From Candidatus Doudnabacteria bacterium (GTDB lineage: Bacteria; Patescibacteriota; Doudnabacteria; UBA920): a DNA stretch of 64,000 bases. The stretch is from the NCBI GenBank assembly GCA_963837465.1, contig CAWINB010000001.1, positions 437,646 to 501,645 of the forward strand, written 5' to 3'. Below the pieces are notes generated by a model. The model made no database searches. It was given only the letters and a program-made list of their open reading frames with translations, and was not told the origin of the DNA. Position 1 is the stretch's first letter; the number at the start of each line of letters is the position of its first letter. Position numbers and translations under genes: made by a program. Shown here in pieces: positions 46,235 through 55,314 of this stretch.

Positions 46235-47449
46235 CTAGGAGCTTATTACTACATTTGTGATGCTGTATATTTCCCCCAAATTGTAAAAGGCGGCAAAATT
46301 AATATCTTTGCCGCTGGGGACATAGGGATCGCGCATTATGTAATTGCCGCCGCTGCCGCTGACGAGCACCACAAAGTGCGTGCCGCCATAAACATTCATG
46401 CCAATAACCACCGGATTCCCGGTTGCGAGCGTCGCGTCAATTGCCGCGGTTTTGCGCGTAGCGGTTACGCCGTCAACATTAATGCTGTTTAAAAGATAGG
46501 ACGGATAATAGACGGCAAAATTTGTGGGATTGGAGTTGATGGTGGCCGGAGTCACATCCCGATAACCATAATGGGTCATAACCATGGCCATGGCCGTAAC
46601 CAGACAACCATCGCCGGCCATGGTGTAAGCGGTGCCGTCCAAAGCATCGCCTCCCCAGGCCGAGTCGCGCTGATTGTAGTAACAGCCCCAGGCATCGCAA
46701 ACAGTCTGGTTTCCCAACAGCTGGTCGCCGCCGGCATGCTGGGTAAACTTGGAAAAACTTTCAACCTGCGCTTCGGCCTGCGCGAGAAGTTTTTGGTAAG
46801 TTGATTCTTTGTTCTTGGTCTCGGCCAAAAGCTGATTCTTTGATTGTACGGTCGCGTTAAGCGACTGCCGCTGCGAGACCAAGGATTTATTTTGCGCCGA
46901 AAGAGTCTGCTCTTTCCGCTGCACCGCGCTTTGCGTGTCAGCCAATAAAGTCTCCGCCGCCTGCAGCTGCTGGGTTTTTTGTCTGACCGCGTCCTGAACC
47001 TGGGTAGCCTCGTCAACATTTTGCCAAAAACCGGACAAGCTGCCGGCCGAAAATAACTGAAAAATCGCCGGCTGGCCGTCGGATTGCTGGATCTCTTCCA
47101 GATCCTTTGAAAGCGAACTCTGATACTGGACTATGGTTTGTTTTGTGTCCTGAATCTGGCCGTCTAACTGCTGGACCTGAAGCTGGGTTGAATTAATCTG
47201 GCTTTGGGTGGCGGCAACCTGGGTTTCCACCTCTTCCCGCTTTAAATCAAGGGTCTTAAGCGCTGTCTGAAGGGTTTTTTTGTCCGAGCCCGCTTGTTTA
47301 AGCTCGGCCTGGTACTGGGCGATTTGCTTGTTAAGCGCCGCAATCTGCTGGTTGTCGGCGCTTATCTGGTTTTGCAGGTTGCTTGAAGCCGCGGGGACGT
47401 CTACGGTCGTCGGAGCGACATAAGACAGGGCAAATACCGGAAACGCCAT
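46235..47449 (-). CDS. Secreted coiled-coil protein with a C-terminal papain-like (C39/CHAP-type) peptidase domain, PcsB-like putative cell-wall hydrolase
   Basis: Signal peptide MAFPVFALSYV; long Gln-rich coiled coil; C-terminal Cys/His domain (…CDAWGCYY…GGTHFVVLV…); the ORF-track N-extension runs through a MITE and is rejected. Confidence 0.5.
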   Translation of the reverse strand: MAFPVFALSYVAPTTVDVPAASSNLQNQISADNQQIAALNKQIAQYQAELKQAGSDKKTLQTALKTLDLKREEVETQVAATQSQINSTQLQVQQLDGQIQDTKQTIVQYQSSLSKDLEEIQQSDGQPAIFQLFSAGSLSGFWQNVDEATQVQDAVRQKTQQLQAAETLLADTQSAVQRKEQTLSAQNKSLVSQRQSLNATVQSKNQLLAETKNKESTYQKLLAQAEAQVESFSKFTQHAGGDQLLGNQTVCDAWGCYYNQRDSAWGGDALDGTAYTMAGDGCLVTAMAMVMTHYGYRDVTPATINSNPTNFAVYYPSYLLNSINVDGVTATRKTAAIDATLATGNPVVIGMNVYGGTHFVVLVSGSGGNYIMRDPYVPSGKDINFAAFYNLGEIYSITNVVISS

Positions 47450-47484
47450 TAACTCTCCCGCGACCCGCGCCAAAATAAATATAG

Positions 47485-47645
47485 AAGCTATCTTAAAAAT
47501 AGTTCGCAGGCGAAATTGCGGTAATTTCCGGCAGATTGACCCAAATAAATTTTGACGTTCAGCCAAAGCTGAGCGGAAAAATTTTTTGGGGCAAAATGAC
47601 GAAATTCCGCGATTGCAGCCCAAAAGATTTTTAAGATGGGTTCCG
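47485..47645 (-). mobile_element. MITE family 1, degenerate copy R5
   Basis: Interior aligns with R2; TIR partly eroded; a solo TIR fragment gaagctatcttaaaaaaat also occurs at 61617-61635. Confidence 0.55.
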
Positions 47646-47874
47646 GCTAAAAATCGGGTAAATTTAAAAAAAAACTTATTCATAAGCGCCTGTGGAAATT
47701 TGAAAAAACAACTTTTATTTTACATTAGCATTATATCACGATACCCGATTGCGGATTAACAAAGCCGTTTTTTACTGAAAACCTGTTCGAAAAATAATTT
47801 TTCCCAATCAAAAAATCCGCCCATATCTGCAGGAGGATTTTTTATCTTTACTTTGCGGAAGGGGTCTAAAATTT

Positions 47875-48429
47875 TTACAACGCGTTTATCCAGTCCACCG
47901 CGGTCGTCACCGCGGCTTGTCTGGGAAAAACTTTGTTTATGAGCATGGAGTGGACCTCGGGGTCAAAATCAGCGCACAGGTCTGAAAGCACGGTCAGCTG
48001 ATAATCTTTATCCGCGGCCTGGCGGACGGTTGACAGCACAACTCCGCTGGTGGCAATTCCCGCCAGCGCCAGATGACGAATATTCTTGGCGCGTAAAACT
48101 ACTTCCAGGTCGCTGCCCGAAAACGCGCTGACGCGGCGCTTTGTCACTACGACATCGTCACCCTTAGGCATTATAGCCGGTTGCGGATTTATCATGGCCG
48201 CCGCGGCTTCTTTGGGAATGTTGCCGAAAGATTTGTTGCGGGGACTGGCCTCGGGCATGCCCGGACGAAAACCCACCACCACATACACCACGGGTATCCG
48301 TTTTGTGTGGGCCGCGTCCACAGCCGCCATAACTTTAGCCAAATACTCATCCTTGTTTTCCAGCCTGTTGAGGATGCCGGGCTGGACATCCATAACCAAC
48401 AAGGCTATTTTTTCATTTTCGTTTGTCAT
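47875..48429 (-). CDS. Isochorismatase-family cysteine hydrolase
   Basis: ALLVMDVQ…, catalytic Cys region …LAGIATSGVV…. Confidence 0.65.
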   Translation of the reverse strand: MTNENEKIALLVMDVQPGILNRLENKDEYLAKVMAAVDAAHTKRIPVVYVVVGFRPGMPEASPRNKSFGNIPKEAAAAMINPQPAIMPKGDDVVVTKRRVSAFSGSDLEVVLRAKNIRHLALAGIATSGVVLSTVRQAADKDYQLTVLSDLCADFDPEVHSMLINKVFPRQAAVTTAVDWINAL

Positions 48430-48691
48430 AATTCTATTATATACTACAAAAGTTGCCCGGGGCAAAATTTATATTATAAACTGTCAGTAACCAAATGTCG
48501 GCAACTGCCAACTCAAGGAGAAGCATATAAATAGCGACACCCAAAATACTGCTCCCAAAAACGCGCCGAGCGGATTTGGAGGTACAATAAAGAAAACTTT
48601 TATTTCCCTCAGGAACCGCAACTACCGGTTATTTTTTATTGGCCAGACAATCTCAAATACCGGCAACTGGCTTACCAATGTTGCGCTGACT

Positions 48692-49780
48692 TTGCTGGTG
48701 CTAAAAATTACCGGCAGCGGCTTTGCCGTTGGCCTGGTGGCTGCCTTTCAGTATGGGCCCATACTTTTTTTGTCGGCCTGGGCCGGGGCCATTGCCGACC
48801 GTTCCAACAAACGGCTTATGTTGCTGTTGACCCAGTGCCTGGAAATGGCGCAGTCCATAGGCCTCGCGATTTTGGCTTTTATACCGCATCCGCCTTTGGT
48901 AGGGCTGTATATTCTTGCCGTTGTCGGCGGCATTGTGCTTTCGTTTGATAACCCGCTCAGGCGTTCTTTTGTGACGGAAATGGTCAGGCCGGATGATATT
49001 CCAAATGCCGTGGTTCTGTACAGTACCATTGTAAACGTCTCGCGCGTATTCGGTCCCGCCCTGGCGGGGCTGCTGGTTATAACTTTAGGTTACGGCTGGT
49101 GCTTTTCGCTGGACGCGGCTTCGTATGTGGCAGTTATAATTTGCATAATTATGATGCGGCACAGCGAGCTCTATCTCCAGCCAATTAAACCTAAAAGCAA
49201 AGGCGAGGTGCGCGAAGGCCTGCGCTATATAATGTCCCAGCCACTGCTTTGGGTAAGCTTTATTATGCTGGCGGCTATTGGCACGCTGGCCTACAATTTT
49301 TCCGTAACCCTGCCGCTGTTTGTCATCCATTCCCTGCGCGGCACCGTTGGCGCGTTTACCGTCCTATATTCCATTTACAGTTTTGGCGCGGTTGTTACCG
49401 CTATGGTTATAGCCCGCAGGGGTTTGGTAAAAATTCAACATATTATAACCGGCGCCGCGGCTTTGGGACTTACAATGATCATGCTTGCCCTGGTTCCAAA
49501 TGTCATAACTGCCGTGCCGGTAATCTTTTTGGTGGGCGTGGCAAGTATCTTATATATGACTTCAACAACCACAATTGTCCAGACCGAAGGCAAGCGCGAA
49601 ATGCACGGGCGCTTGTTGGCGATACAAAGCGTTTTGCTAATCGGCACAAGCGTAATCGGCGGCCCTCTCTCCGGCTGGATTGCCGATGCCTTGGGCGCCC
49701 GCTCGCCAATATTCCTCGGCGGCATGGTATGTTTGACAGCGGCAGTGTTCGGCTACGTTGCTACCGGGAGAGCCGGGTAA
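48692..49780 (+). CDS. MFS transporter; the ORF as called lacks TM1, and the N-terminal region continues in-frame upstream to 48491 without a canonical start
   Basis: The upstream in-frame translation …FISLRNRNYRLFFIGQTISNTGNWL… is a typical MFS N-terminus; an ATG at 48495 is in another frame. Confidence 0.6.
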   Translation: MLVLKITGSGFAVGLVAAFQYGPILFLSAWAGAIADRSNKRLMLLLTQCLEMAQSIGLAILAFIPHPPLVGLYILAVVGGIVLSFDNPLRRSFVTEMVRPDDIPNAVVLYSTIVNVSRVFGPALAGLLVITLGYGWCFSLDAASYVAVIICIIMMRHSELYLQPIKPKSKGEVREGLRYIMSQPLLWVSFIMLAAIGTLAYNFSVTLPLFVIHSLRGTVGAFTVLYSIYSFGAVVTAMVIARRGLVKIQHIITGAAALGLTMIMLALVPNVITAVPVIFLVGVASILYMTSTTTIVQTEGKREMHGRLLAIQSVLLIGTSVIGGPLSGWIADALGARSPIFLGGMVCLTAAVFGYVATGRAG

Positions 49781-49824
49781 GCAACATCGTAATTGGCGGG
49801 AAGTATTTTTTGGACAGGTTCCGC

Positions 49825-50310
49825 TTATTTTTTAGCGGCCAGGAAAATATTGAGCTTTTCTAATTGCTGGGTAAAACCCATTTGCATTCCTTCGGCGGCC
49901 ATTTTGGCTTTGGGCCCAAGTTTGTAAATAGACGCTTTGACTTTTACTTTAGTTTTTCCGTCCTCTTGGGTAAACGTTACTTCTGTGGTTTGGTCTATAA
50001 GAGTTTCATCATTTTGCTGTTCCCCGACCCACGCTTTTGCGGCATAAAAAAGTTTCGCGTTTGGCTCAATTAAAGTAAATTCGGCCAGCATTGGCCACAG
50101 CGTGCCTTTATACGGGCCCATTGCTTCCCCAGCTTCCATAACAATGTAAAATTTGCCGCCGACCCGGAGATCGACTTCACATTCAGGAATGATAACGTTG
50201 TCCGGACCCCACCATTGTTTTAACAGCTCCGGTTTTGTCCAGGCCTGCCAAACCGTTTCGGGAGAGGCATCATAGATTCTTTCCAAAATTACTTCTTTGA
50301 TTGGCTGCAT
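49825..50310 (-). CDS. SRPBCC / AHSA1-domain protein
   Basis: …WQAWTKPELLKQWWGP… typical Aha1-like start. Confidence 0.65.
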   Translation of the reverse strand: MQPIKEVILERIYDASPETVWQAWTKPELLKQWWGPDNVIIPECEVDLRVGGKFYIVMEAGEAMGPYKGTLWPMLAEFTLIEPNAKLFYAAKAWVGEQQNDETLIDQTTEVTFTQEDGKTKVKVKASIYKLGPKAKMAAEGMQMGFTQQLEKLNIFLAAKK

Positions 50311-50398
50311 ATTTTTTTCTTTCTTGCCTGGCCGGGGTTCCGGGCGAAGCCCGGAGATAAAGGCAGGTCTTAGTTGATTAAACCAACATTCCGCTGCT

Positions 50399-50647
50399 TC
50401 ACCTATGCGGGCAACCGGCCCAACAGCAAGGCCTGCGCGTGCCGCTTTTTAGTTTCGACAGCGCTTTATGTATTCTTATATCCCTTGTCTCCAGCTTCTT
50501 TCCCGAGGTAACCCAGCAAACCCACTCATTGCGCGCCAGCGGCGTAATGTCCTCCCAGACGGCTTCGGCCGCCGGAGCGGACACAATGGCCTTTTTTAAG
50601 TCTGCCGGCAGTTTATGCGCCGCTACTTTGATAATTTTTTTGCTCAT
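50399..50647 (-). CDS. YdeI/OmpD-associated-family small protein
   Basis: …ITPLARNEWVCWVTSGKK…RRPCCWAGCPHR; a paralogue lies at 59615..59866. Confidence 0.55.
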   Translation of the reverse strand: MSKKIIKVAAHKLPADLKKAIVSAPAAEAVWEDITPLARNEWVCWVTSGKKLETRDIRIHKALSKLKSGTRRPCCWAGCPHR

Positions 50648-50651
50648 ATGT

Positions 50652-50978
50652 TTACTTTGCTGATTTTAAATATTTATCCAATGAATCCAGTCGGTTTTCC
50701 CAAAGCTGTTGAAAATTTTCAAGATACTTACTCGCCACAGCCAGGGTGCCGGGGGTAATACTGACAATTTGCTCTTTGCCGCGCCGGGCTTTGCTTATAA
50801 GTTTAGCGCGATGAAGAACATCCAGATGTTTGGCAACAGCGGCAAAACTTAGCTTATAGCGCCTTGCTATATCCCCCACGCTCAGACTCTTTTTGCCAAC
50901 CCTTTTTAAAATATCCCGCCTGGTCGGATTGCTTAATGACCCAAAAACCGAACTAAGTTCTTTTACTTGTTCAACCAT
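50652..50978 (-). CDS. ArsR/SmtB-family transcriptional regulator
   Basis: HTH …LSNPTRRDILKRV…SVGDIARRY…. Confidence 0.7.
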   Translation of the reverse strand: MVEQVKELSSVFGSLSNPTRRDILKRVGKKSLSVGDIARRYKLSFAAVAKHLDVLHRAKLISKARRGKEQIVSITPGTLAVASKYLENFQQLWENRLDSLDKYLKSAK

Positions 50979-51076
50979 ATGGTTTAATGATACATCGGGA
51001 GGGAAACATGTGTCAAGAGGAGCGGAAGCAATTGCGGTACTTTGATAAACCAGACCCAAGTCGCTGCTTTTCCTTA

Positions 51077-51147
51077 AAGGCCCGTCTGAAAAGATCCATT
51101 CCTGCCGCGATTTCAGAATTTCGCGACGAAAGCGGCATTCCCGACCG
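51077..51147. mobile_element. MITE family 2, second copy
   Basis: ggcccgtctgaaaagatccattcctgccgcgatttcagaattt… aligns with the reverse complement of 34672-34741. Confidence 0.5.
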
Positions 51148-51768
51148 CCTATAAGTTACCACCCCTGAAGGCGCTGGAACCCACCGCTCCAAATGGAGGC
51201 CTTAGAGCAGTTAAATTTCCCTTTGATAACGGCGATTTAGTTCGCTTGCCAAGAGTTATCCATAGGCCACAATTATACAAATTAAGCAGTATTTTCGTAA
51301 ATGTGGTATAATTATGTCGAATGAAAAATTAAGCTATTAGAATCTATTTAAAAATACTTCGGGCTGTAAATTATTTTTCAAACAGGTTTTGGGAACAAAC
51401 GCGCGGAAAATCCAAACGAAGCCGCTGCCGGATAAAATGGCAAACTGCGCCACACTATTTTGCTCATTTTCGCCTGGCAAGTATGTTAAGTTCCCTCTAA
51501 AAATCAATCGAACAAACAAATGATTAAATTTATTCACAAAAAACACATAAATAAAAACTCCAATCTTAAGTCATTTGTCATCTATTACAGTATTTCTGAT
51601 ATTGTTTTGGGTTTCCTGCTCACGGTTTTAGTGGCTTTTTTTATTTACAACTACGTTAAGTTATCGTTCCAAAAGCTGAATATAGTTTATTACAGGACTG
51701 CGAGCAGCAGCTTTAAACCCGGGGTTTACCGAAAGGGGTAGCGCCTGAACGTAAACTTCAAGCGGGAG

Positions 51769-51840
51769 GATTTTACTTTAATTGAATTACTGGCAGCAGT
51801 ATCGGTTATTGGTCTTTTGGCCAGCGTATTTTTAGCCTGA
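51769..51840 (+). pseudogene. Remnant of a type IV pilin N-terminus (…EDFTLIELLAAVSVIGLLASVFLA*) with no start codon
   Basis: Degenerate prepilin motif and hydrophobic helix, 180 nt upstream of an intact pilin gene. Confidence 0.35.
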
Positions 51841-52023
51841 GGAACAGCCGCAATTGGGTATTATTTTTTTGTTTAGATTTTTAACAAGCAAACACTCCCC
51901 GGCTCAAATAAGCTGCAACGAATAAAGATTTGCGAAAAATCGCCCAATTTTTGCCATTTGCCATACAAACAGCTTGGCTGTATCGCGTTATCAAAAAATA
52001 ACAGATAATCATAGCGTCCAATT

Positions 52024-52590
52024 ATGAAGAAAGAGATAGTCCAGTCGAAAAGTTTGGCGGGATTTACTTTAGTGGAACTTCTCGTTGTTATTTCCATTAT
52101 CGGATTATTGGCCAGCATGCTTTTAGTAAGCGTTTCCAATATACGGGTTAAGGCGCGGGATTCTAAGCGCATTCAGGAAATCAGCGCTGTCCGTGACGCC
52201 GTGGAAATGTATAACATTGATAACGGGAGTTATCCCAGTGGGTTTTTTTCCGACCCGCCTACTCAAAACTACAACGATTGGAACACCGGGCTGACTCCAC
52301 AGCTTGCCTCGTATTTGAACTATACCCCAAATCCTTCCCCAATCCAGACCGCGGGTTTACCCATGAACTATTTTTATGTCGGCATTACCGCCACTACCGG
52401 TGCGAGTGACGATTTTGACGGTACGTTTCACTGCGTACAACTTAATCCTGGCAGCTATTGGATTGGAGCTTTCCTGGAAAATCCCAATGACGCGCCGAGC
52501 GGATATCAGCCGCTTGTCGCCCTGGGCGAATACGATATATTCGGCGGGAACTACAAGGTTCTTCCACCCCATCCCTGTCCTCCTACATAA
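52024..52590 (+). CDS. Type IV pilin / pseudopilin with a prepilin-peptidase cleavage motif
   Basis: MKKEIVQSKSLAGFTLVELLVVISIIGLLA. Confidence 0.8.
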   Translation: MKKEIVQSKSLAGFTLVELLVVISIIGLLASMLLVSVSNIRVKARDSKRIQEISAVRDAVEMYNIDNGSYPSGFFSDPPTQNYNDWNTGLTPQLASYLNYTPNPSPIQTAGLPMNYFYVGITATTGASDDFDGTFHCVQLNPGSYWIGAFLENPNDAPSGYQPLVALGEYDIFGGNYKVLPPHPCPPT

Positions 52591-52688
52591 AACTAAGGCG
52601 ATTTTGGAGTTATCACTATTCCCCGACGGGTAAACATAACCCGAATTTTTTTCGATGTTAAATTAAAGCGTAGATATACTATGCTTAA

Positions 52689-53216
52689 TCATGGGGTGGC
52701 TGTGCTGTCGTCAGCAGTTGCGGGCGGCGGTGTTTGCGGATCAGACGCCGGAGGAGTTATGGTATCGGTAGTAGCTGGCGGCGTGGATGCCGGATCCGAG
52801 AGACTGGTTGATGTTGGCGCGGCGGCCGGAGGAGACGCAGGCGGATCCGATACTATGGCGGTCGTGCTGTCGGGAGTTGTTGTAGAAACCGGCGGCTGGG
52901 TTTCATCGGGCGTGGAGGTGGAAGCATCCGGAATCGGAGTTTGATCCCCTAAAACTTGCGGGGCTGGAGTGGAGCCGGAAGAGGGATTGGTAACCGCAGA
53001 TGAGCTGACAGTTTCATTGGCAACATTAGACACAATTAACACAATGGCTGAGGCGCTGTTGTCGCTCACGGCTAACTGCGCCGCAGCCGAGGCAAAGCTG
53101 TGCCAATCAAAAGTTACATCCTGCGACTGGGGCGTTTGGACTTCAATGCTAAAGCCCAAGGCGTCCACAGAAGTTATCTTATAAGCGCCGCTGACAAAAT
53201 CCAGCGGTGTGGCCAC
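52689..53216 (-). CDS. Pro/Thr/Ser-rich low-complexity (mucin-like) protein; reading frame uncertain
   Basis: Long ORF in a locally GC-rich repetitive segment with no signal peptide seen; an alternative ORF exists on the + strand. Confidence 0.25.
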   Translation of the reverse strand: MATPLDFVSGAYKITSVDALGFSIEVQTPQSQDVTFDWHSFASAAAQLAVSDNSASAIVLIVSNVANETVSSSAVTNPSSGSTPAPQVLGDQTPIPDASTSTPDETQPPVSTTTPDSTTAIVSDPPASPPAAAPTSTSLSDPASTPPATTDTITPPASDPQTPPPATADDSTATP

Positions 53217-53270
53217 CGAGTATGTTTATATTCCAGACCTTAGCGCACAGGGGCGGATTTAGTTTGGTTA

Positions 53271-54062
53271 CTAATCATCTATGGTAAAAATATCATAGCC
53301 ATTTTCTTGCCCGGTTCTCTCTTGCTCAATACCCTTTAAATCGGAAGCGAGCAAATCTCTCGCTGAAGGCGCTTTTAAGTTACCAGGTTTTATAGCTAAC
53401 AGTATGGAGTTTGCGAAATAGGATTTGTCTCTTTCATTTTCCACTGCTACAAAATTATGGTCTTGAAAAGCTACGTCATACCCTCGTACAGAAAAAAATT
53501 CAATAAATTTCTCCGGCCCTTTAAACACAGAGTCTCTATATCTTTTCACCCCGCCAAAAGTGTGGAAGGTGGCCTTTGCCGCTCCTCCCGGGACCAAGAC
53601 CTCATCCATCCTTTTTACGGCTATTTTCGGATAGGCGGCATAAGCGATGGAGTTAACTCCTAAAATCCCGGCTAAAGATTGGTTCTCTATGCCTCTTAAA
53701 GTCTCGACTCCAGTTATATGAATTTTGTCTTTAGGAAAATATTGGGCTAGTTCCGGATTACTGCGAAGGACTGAAATATGGTAGTCGATATCCGCTGACA
53801 TTGGCATATGGCTAATTACGCTGCTTGCATTACCGCTACCCCCCCCAATATCCAAAACCCGATTTGACTTTAATTGCTTGAGATATTCAAAATAATGTTC
53901 CAGACCGCCTATTCTATACAAACACTCTTTTCCACTCCTGTGGGTTTTATAAGTTTCAGTTGCATCTTTTTCCTTTTCTTTTTCCTGTTTTCTAGCTTTG
54001 CTTATTTGGTCTGCAATTTGTGACCTTTCGAAATATTGGCTAGCTTTTTCTCTGCTGTCCAT
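53271..54062 (-). CDS. Class I SAM-dependent methyltransferase
   Basis: VLDIGGGSGN motif I. Confidence 0.65.
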   Translation of the reverse strand: MDSREKASQYFERSQIADQISKARKQEKEKEKDATETYKTHRSGKECLYRIGGLEHYFEYLKQLKSNRVLDIGGGSGNASSVISHMPMSADIDYHISVLRSNPELAQYFPKDKIHITGVETLRGIENQSLAGILGVNSIAYAAYPKIAVKRMDEVLVPGGAAKATFHTFGGVKRYRDSVFKGPEKFIEFFSVRGYDVAFQDHNFVAVENERDKSYFANSILLAIKPGNLKAPSARDLLASDLKGIEQERTGQENGYDIFTIDD

Positions 54063-54204
54063 ATAAGTTTAACTTAAAAAATATTTAACTTTATTATACA
54101 CTATTTTTCAGTTCGGGCATCCCAATTGGGTACGTAAAAATTCCTGCTTATTTACGCATGGCACGGGGTCAAGTCTTGACATTTGACGTCTTAGCCATCA
54201 AAAC

Positions 54205-54236
54205 AAATAATCATCAACTTAAGTTGATGATTATTT
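54205..54236. repeat. 32-nt perfect palindrome AAATAATCATCAACTT|AAGTTGATGATTATTT in a 400-nt structured intergenic region
   Basis: Read directly; followed by nested inverted repeats (aaatgagaca…tgtctcattt; caaataagacac…gtgtcttatttg). Confidence 0.8.
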
Positions 54237-54469
54237 ATGGCTCAGCGGGTGGGTCGTTGCTGACTCTTTCAAGGGGTTTTGGGGTCTTTCGCGGGCCATT
54301 TTGCGGCACGTGGGTTAGGGCTTATCAGCAAGGTAAATGAGACAAATAAGACACTGTAAGGGGGGTATTTGGACGTGTCTTATTTGCTCACGTTTAGCCT
54401 ATAAACATTGGGCTTTAGCATTATCTACCTGTCTCATTTGCCATTTGGGAAGTTCTATGGCGTTGTATC

Positions 54470-54823
54470 TTAAATTTTCTTTGATTCGTTATGTTTTATC
54501 CGCGCTTTAACCAATTTTTTTATAAGCGTTATCGGCAATTTTGTGAGCGGTAAGTGTATCGCGGACTTGGTGGTTACGTATGCCTTTAATTCCTTAGTAT
54601 GACCGGCAATGATAGGCGGAGGAATATAGAGCCCGATGTATTTTTTCATCGCAGCGAAATAAACTAAGCGTCCTTTGTAATCATAAAATGGCATGCCATA
54701 ACTTATGCGTTCTTCGGCAGTCGGTGCAAGATTTTTTATTAACGCTCGGAGATCTTTTAGTTTATTCCTTACTTCCTTTGGAGCTTTTGCAATGTATTGG
54801 TTTACGCTCTCTATTTTGTTCAT
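54470..54823 (-). CDS. DUF1801 (YdhG-like) domain protein
   Basis: …YIAKAPKEVRNKLKDLRALI…GMPFYDYKGRLVYFAA…. Confidence 0.55.
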   Translation of the reverse strand: MNKIESVNQYIAKAPKEVRNKLKDLRALIKNLAPTAEERISYGMPFYDYKGRLVYFAAMKKYIGLYIPPPIIAGHTKELKAYVTTKSAIHLPLTKLPITLIKKLVKARIKHNESKKI

Positions 54824-54834
54824 AGTGGAAATTA

Positions 54835-55233
54835 CTACTTTGGCTGCCATTCGGTGGCCTGGAGCAAACCAAAAACATTGCCTTCGGTGTCCATCGCGCG
54901 GGAAAACCAACCGAGGCCTTTCATTTCCCACTTCTCTTTGCCTTCCCAGGGTGTGATCTTCCCACCGTTGGCCTTGATGGCCGCGATGACTTTATCAATG
55001 TCATCCACTAGAACCGTGCAATCGAAGCTGTTGAGTTTGCCCATGGCATCCTTGCGGTTAAAAAGCCCTCCATCAATTCCCGGCCCTTCGCCGGTTTTTA
55101 CCATCCAATAGTCCATGCCCACGCCTGGCATATTAGATTTTTCTATTTGCCAGCCCAAAGCTTTTTCATAAAATTCTTTTGCCCTGGCCGCGTCATCGGC
55201 CTGAACCTCAAAATGTATTGGTCGATTGCTCAT
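54835..55233 (-). CDS. VOC-family (glyoxalase/bleomycin-resistance fold) protein
   Basis: IHFEVQADDAARAKEFYEKALGW…. Confidence 0.65.
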   Translation of the reverse strand: MSNRPIHFEVQADDAARAKEFYEKALGWQIEKSNMPGVGMDYWMVKTGEGPGIDGGLFNRKDAMGKLNSFDCTVLVDDIDKVIAAIKANGGKITPWEGKEKWEMKGLGWFSRAMDTEGNVFGLLQATEWQPK

Positions 55234-55314
55234 ATATGTTATGGTTAATTATTTTATTAAAATTAAAATTATTATAAAGCAAAATTATCGCGCAAACAAC
55301 TTTTAATAATAATC

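Noticed and set aside
46235-47683. N-terminal 78-residue extension of the PcsB-like ORF in the ORF track
   Set aside because: The extension runs through MITE copy R5. A signal peptide starts at the internal Met (MAFPVFALSYV), so the gene is taken as 46235-47449.
52681-52944. Plus-strand Gly/Val-rich ORF 52681-52944
   Set aside because: It is the mirror frame of a low-complexity Pro/Thr-rich minus-strand ORF. Neither has strong support, and only the minus ORF was kept, at low confidence.
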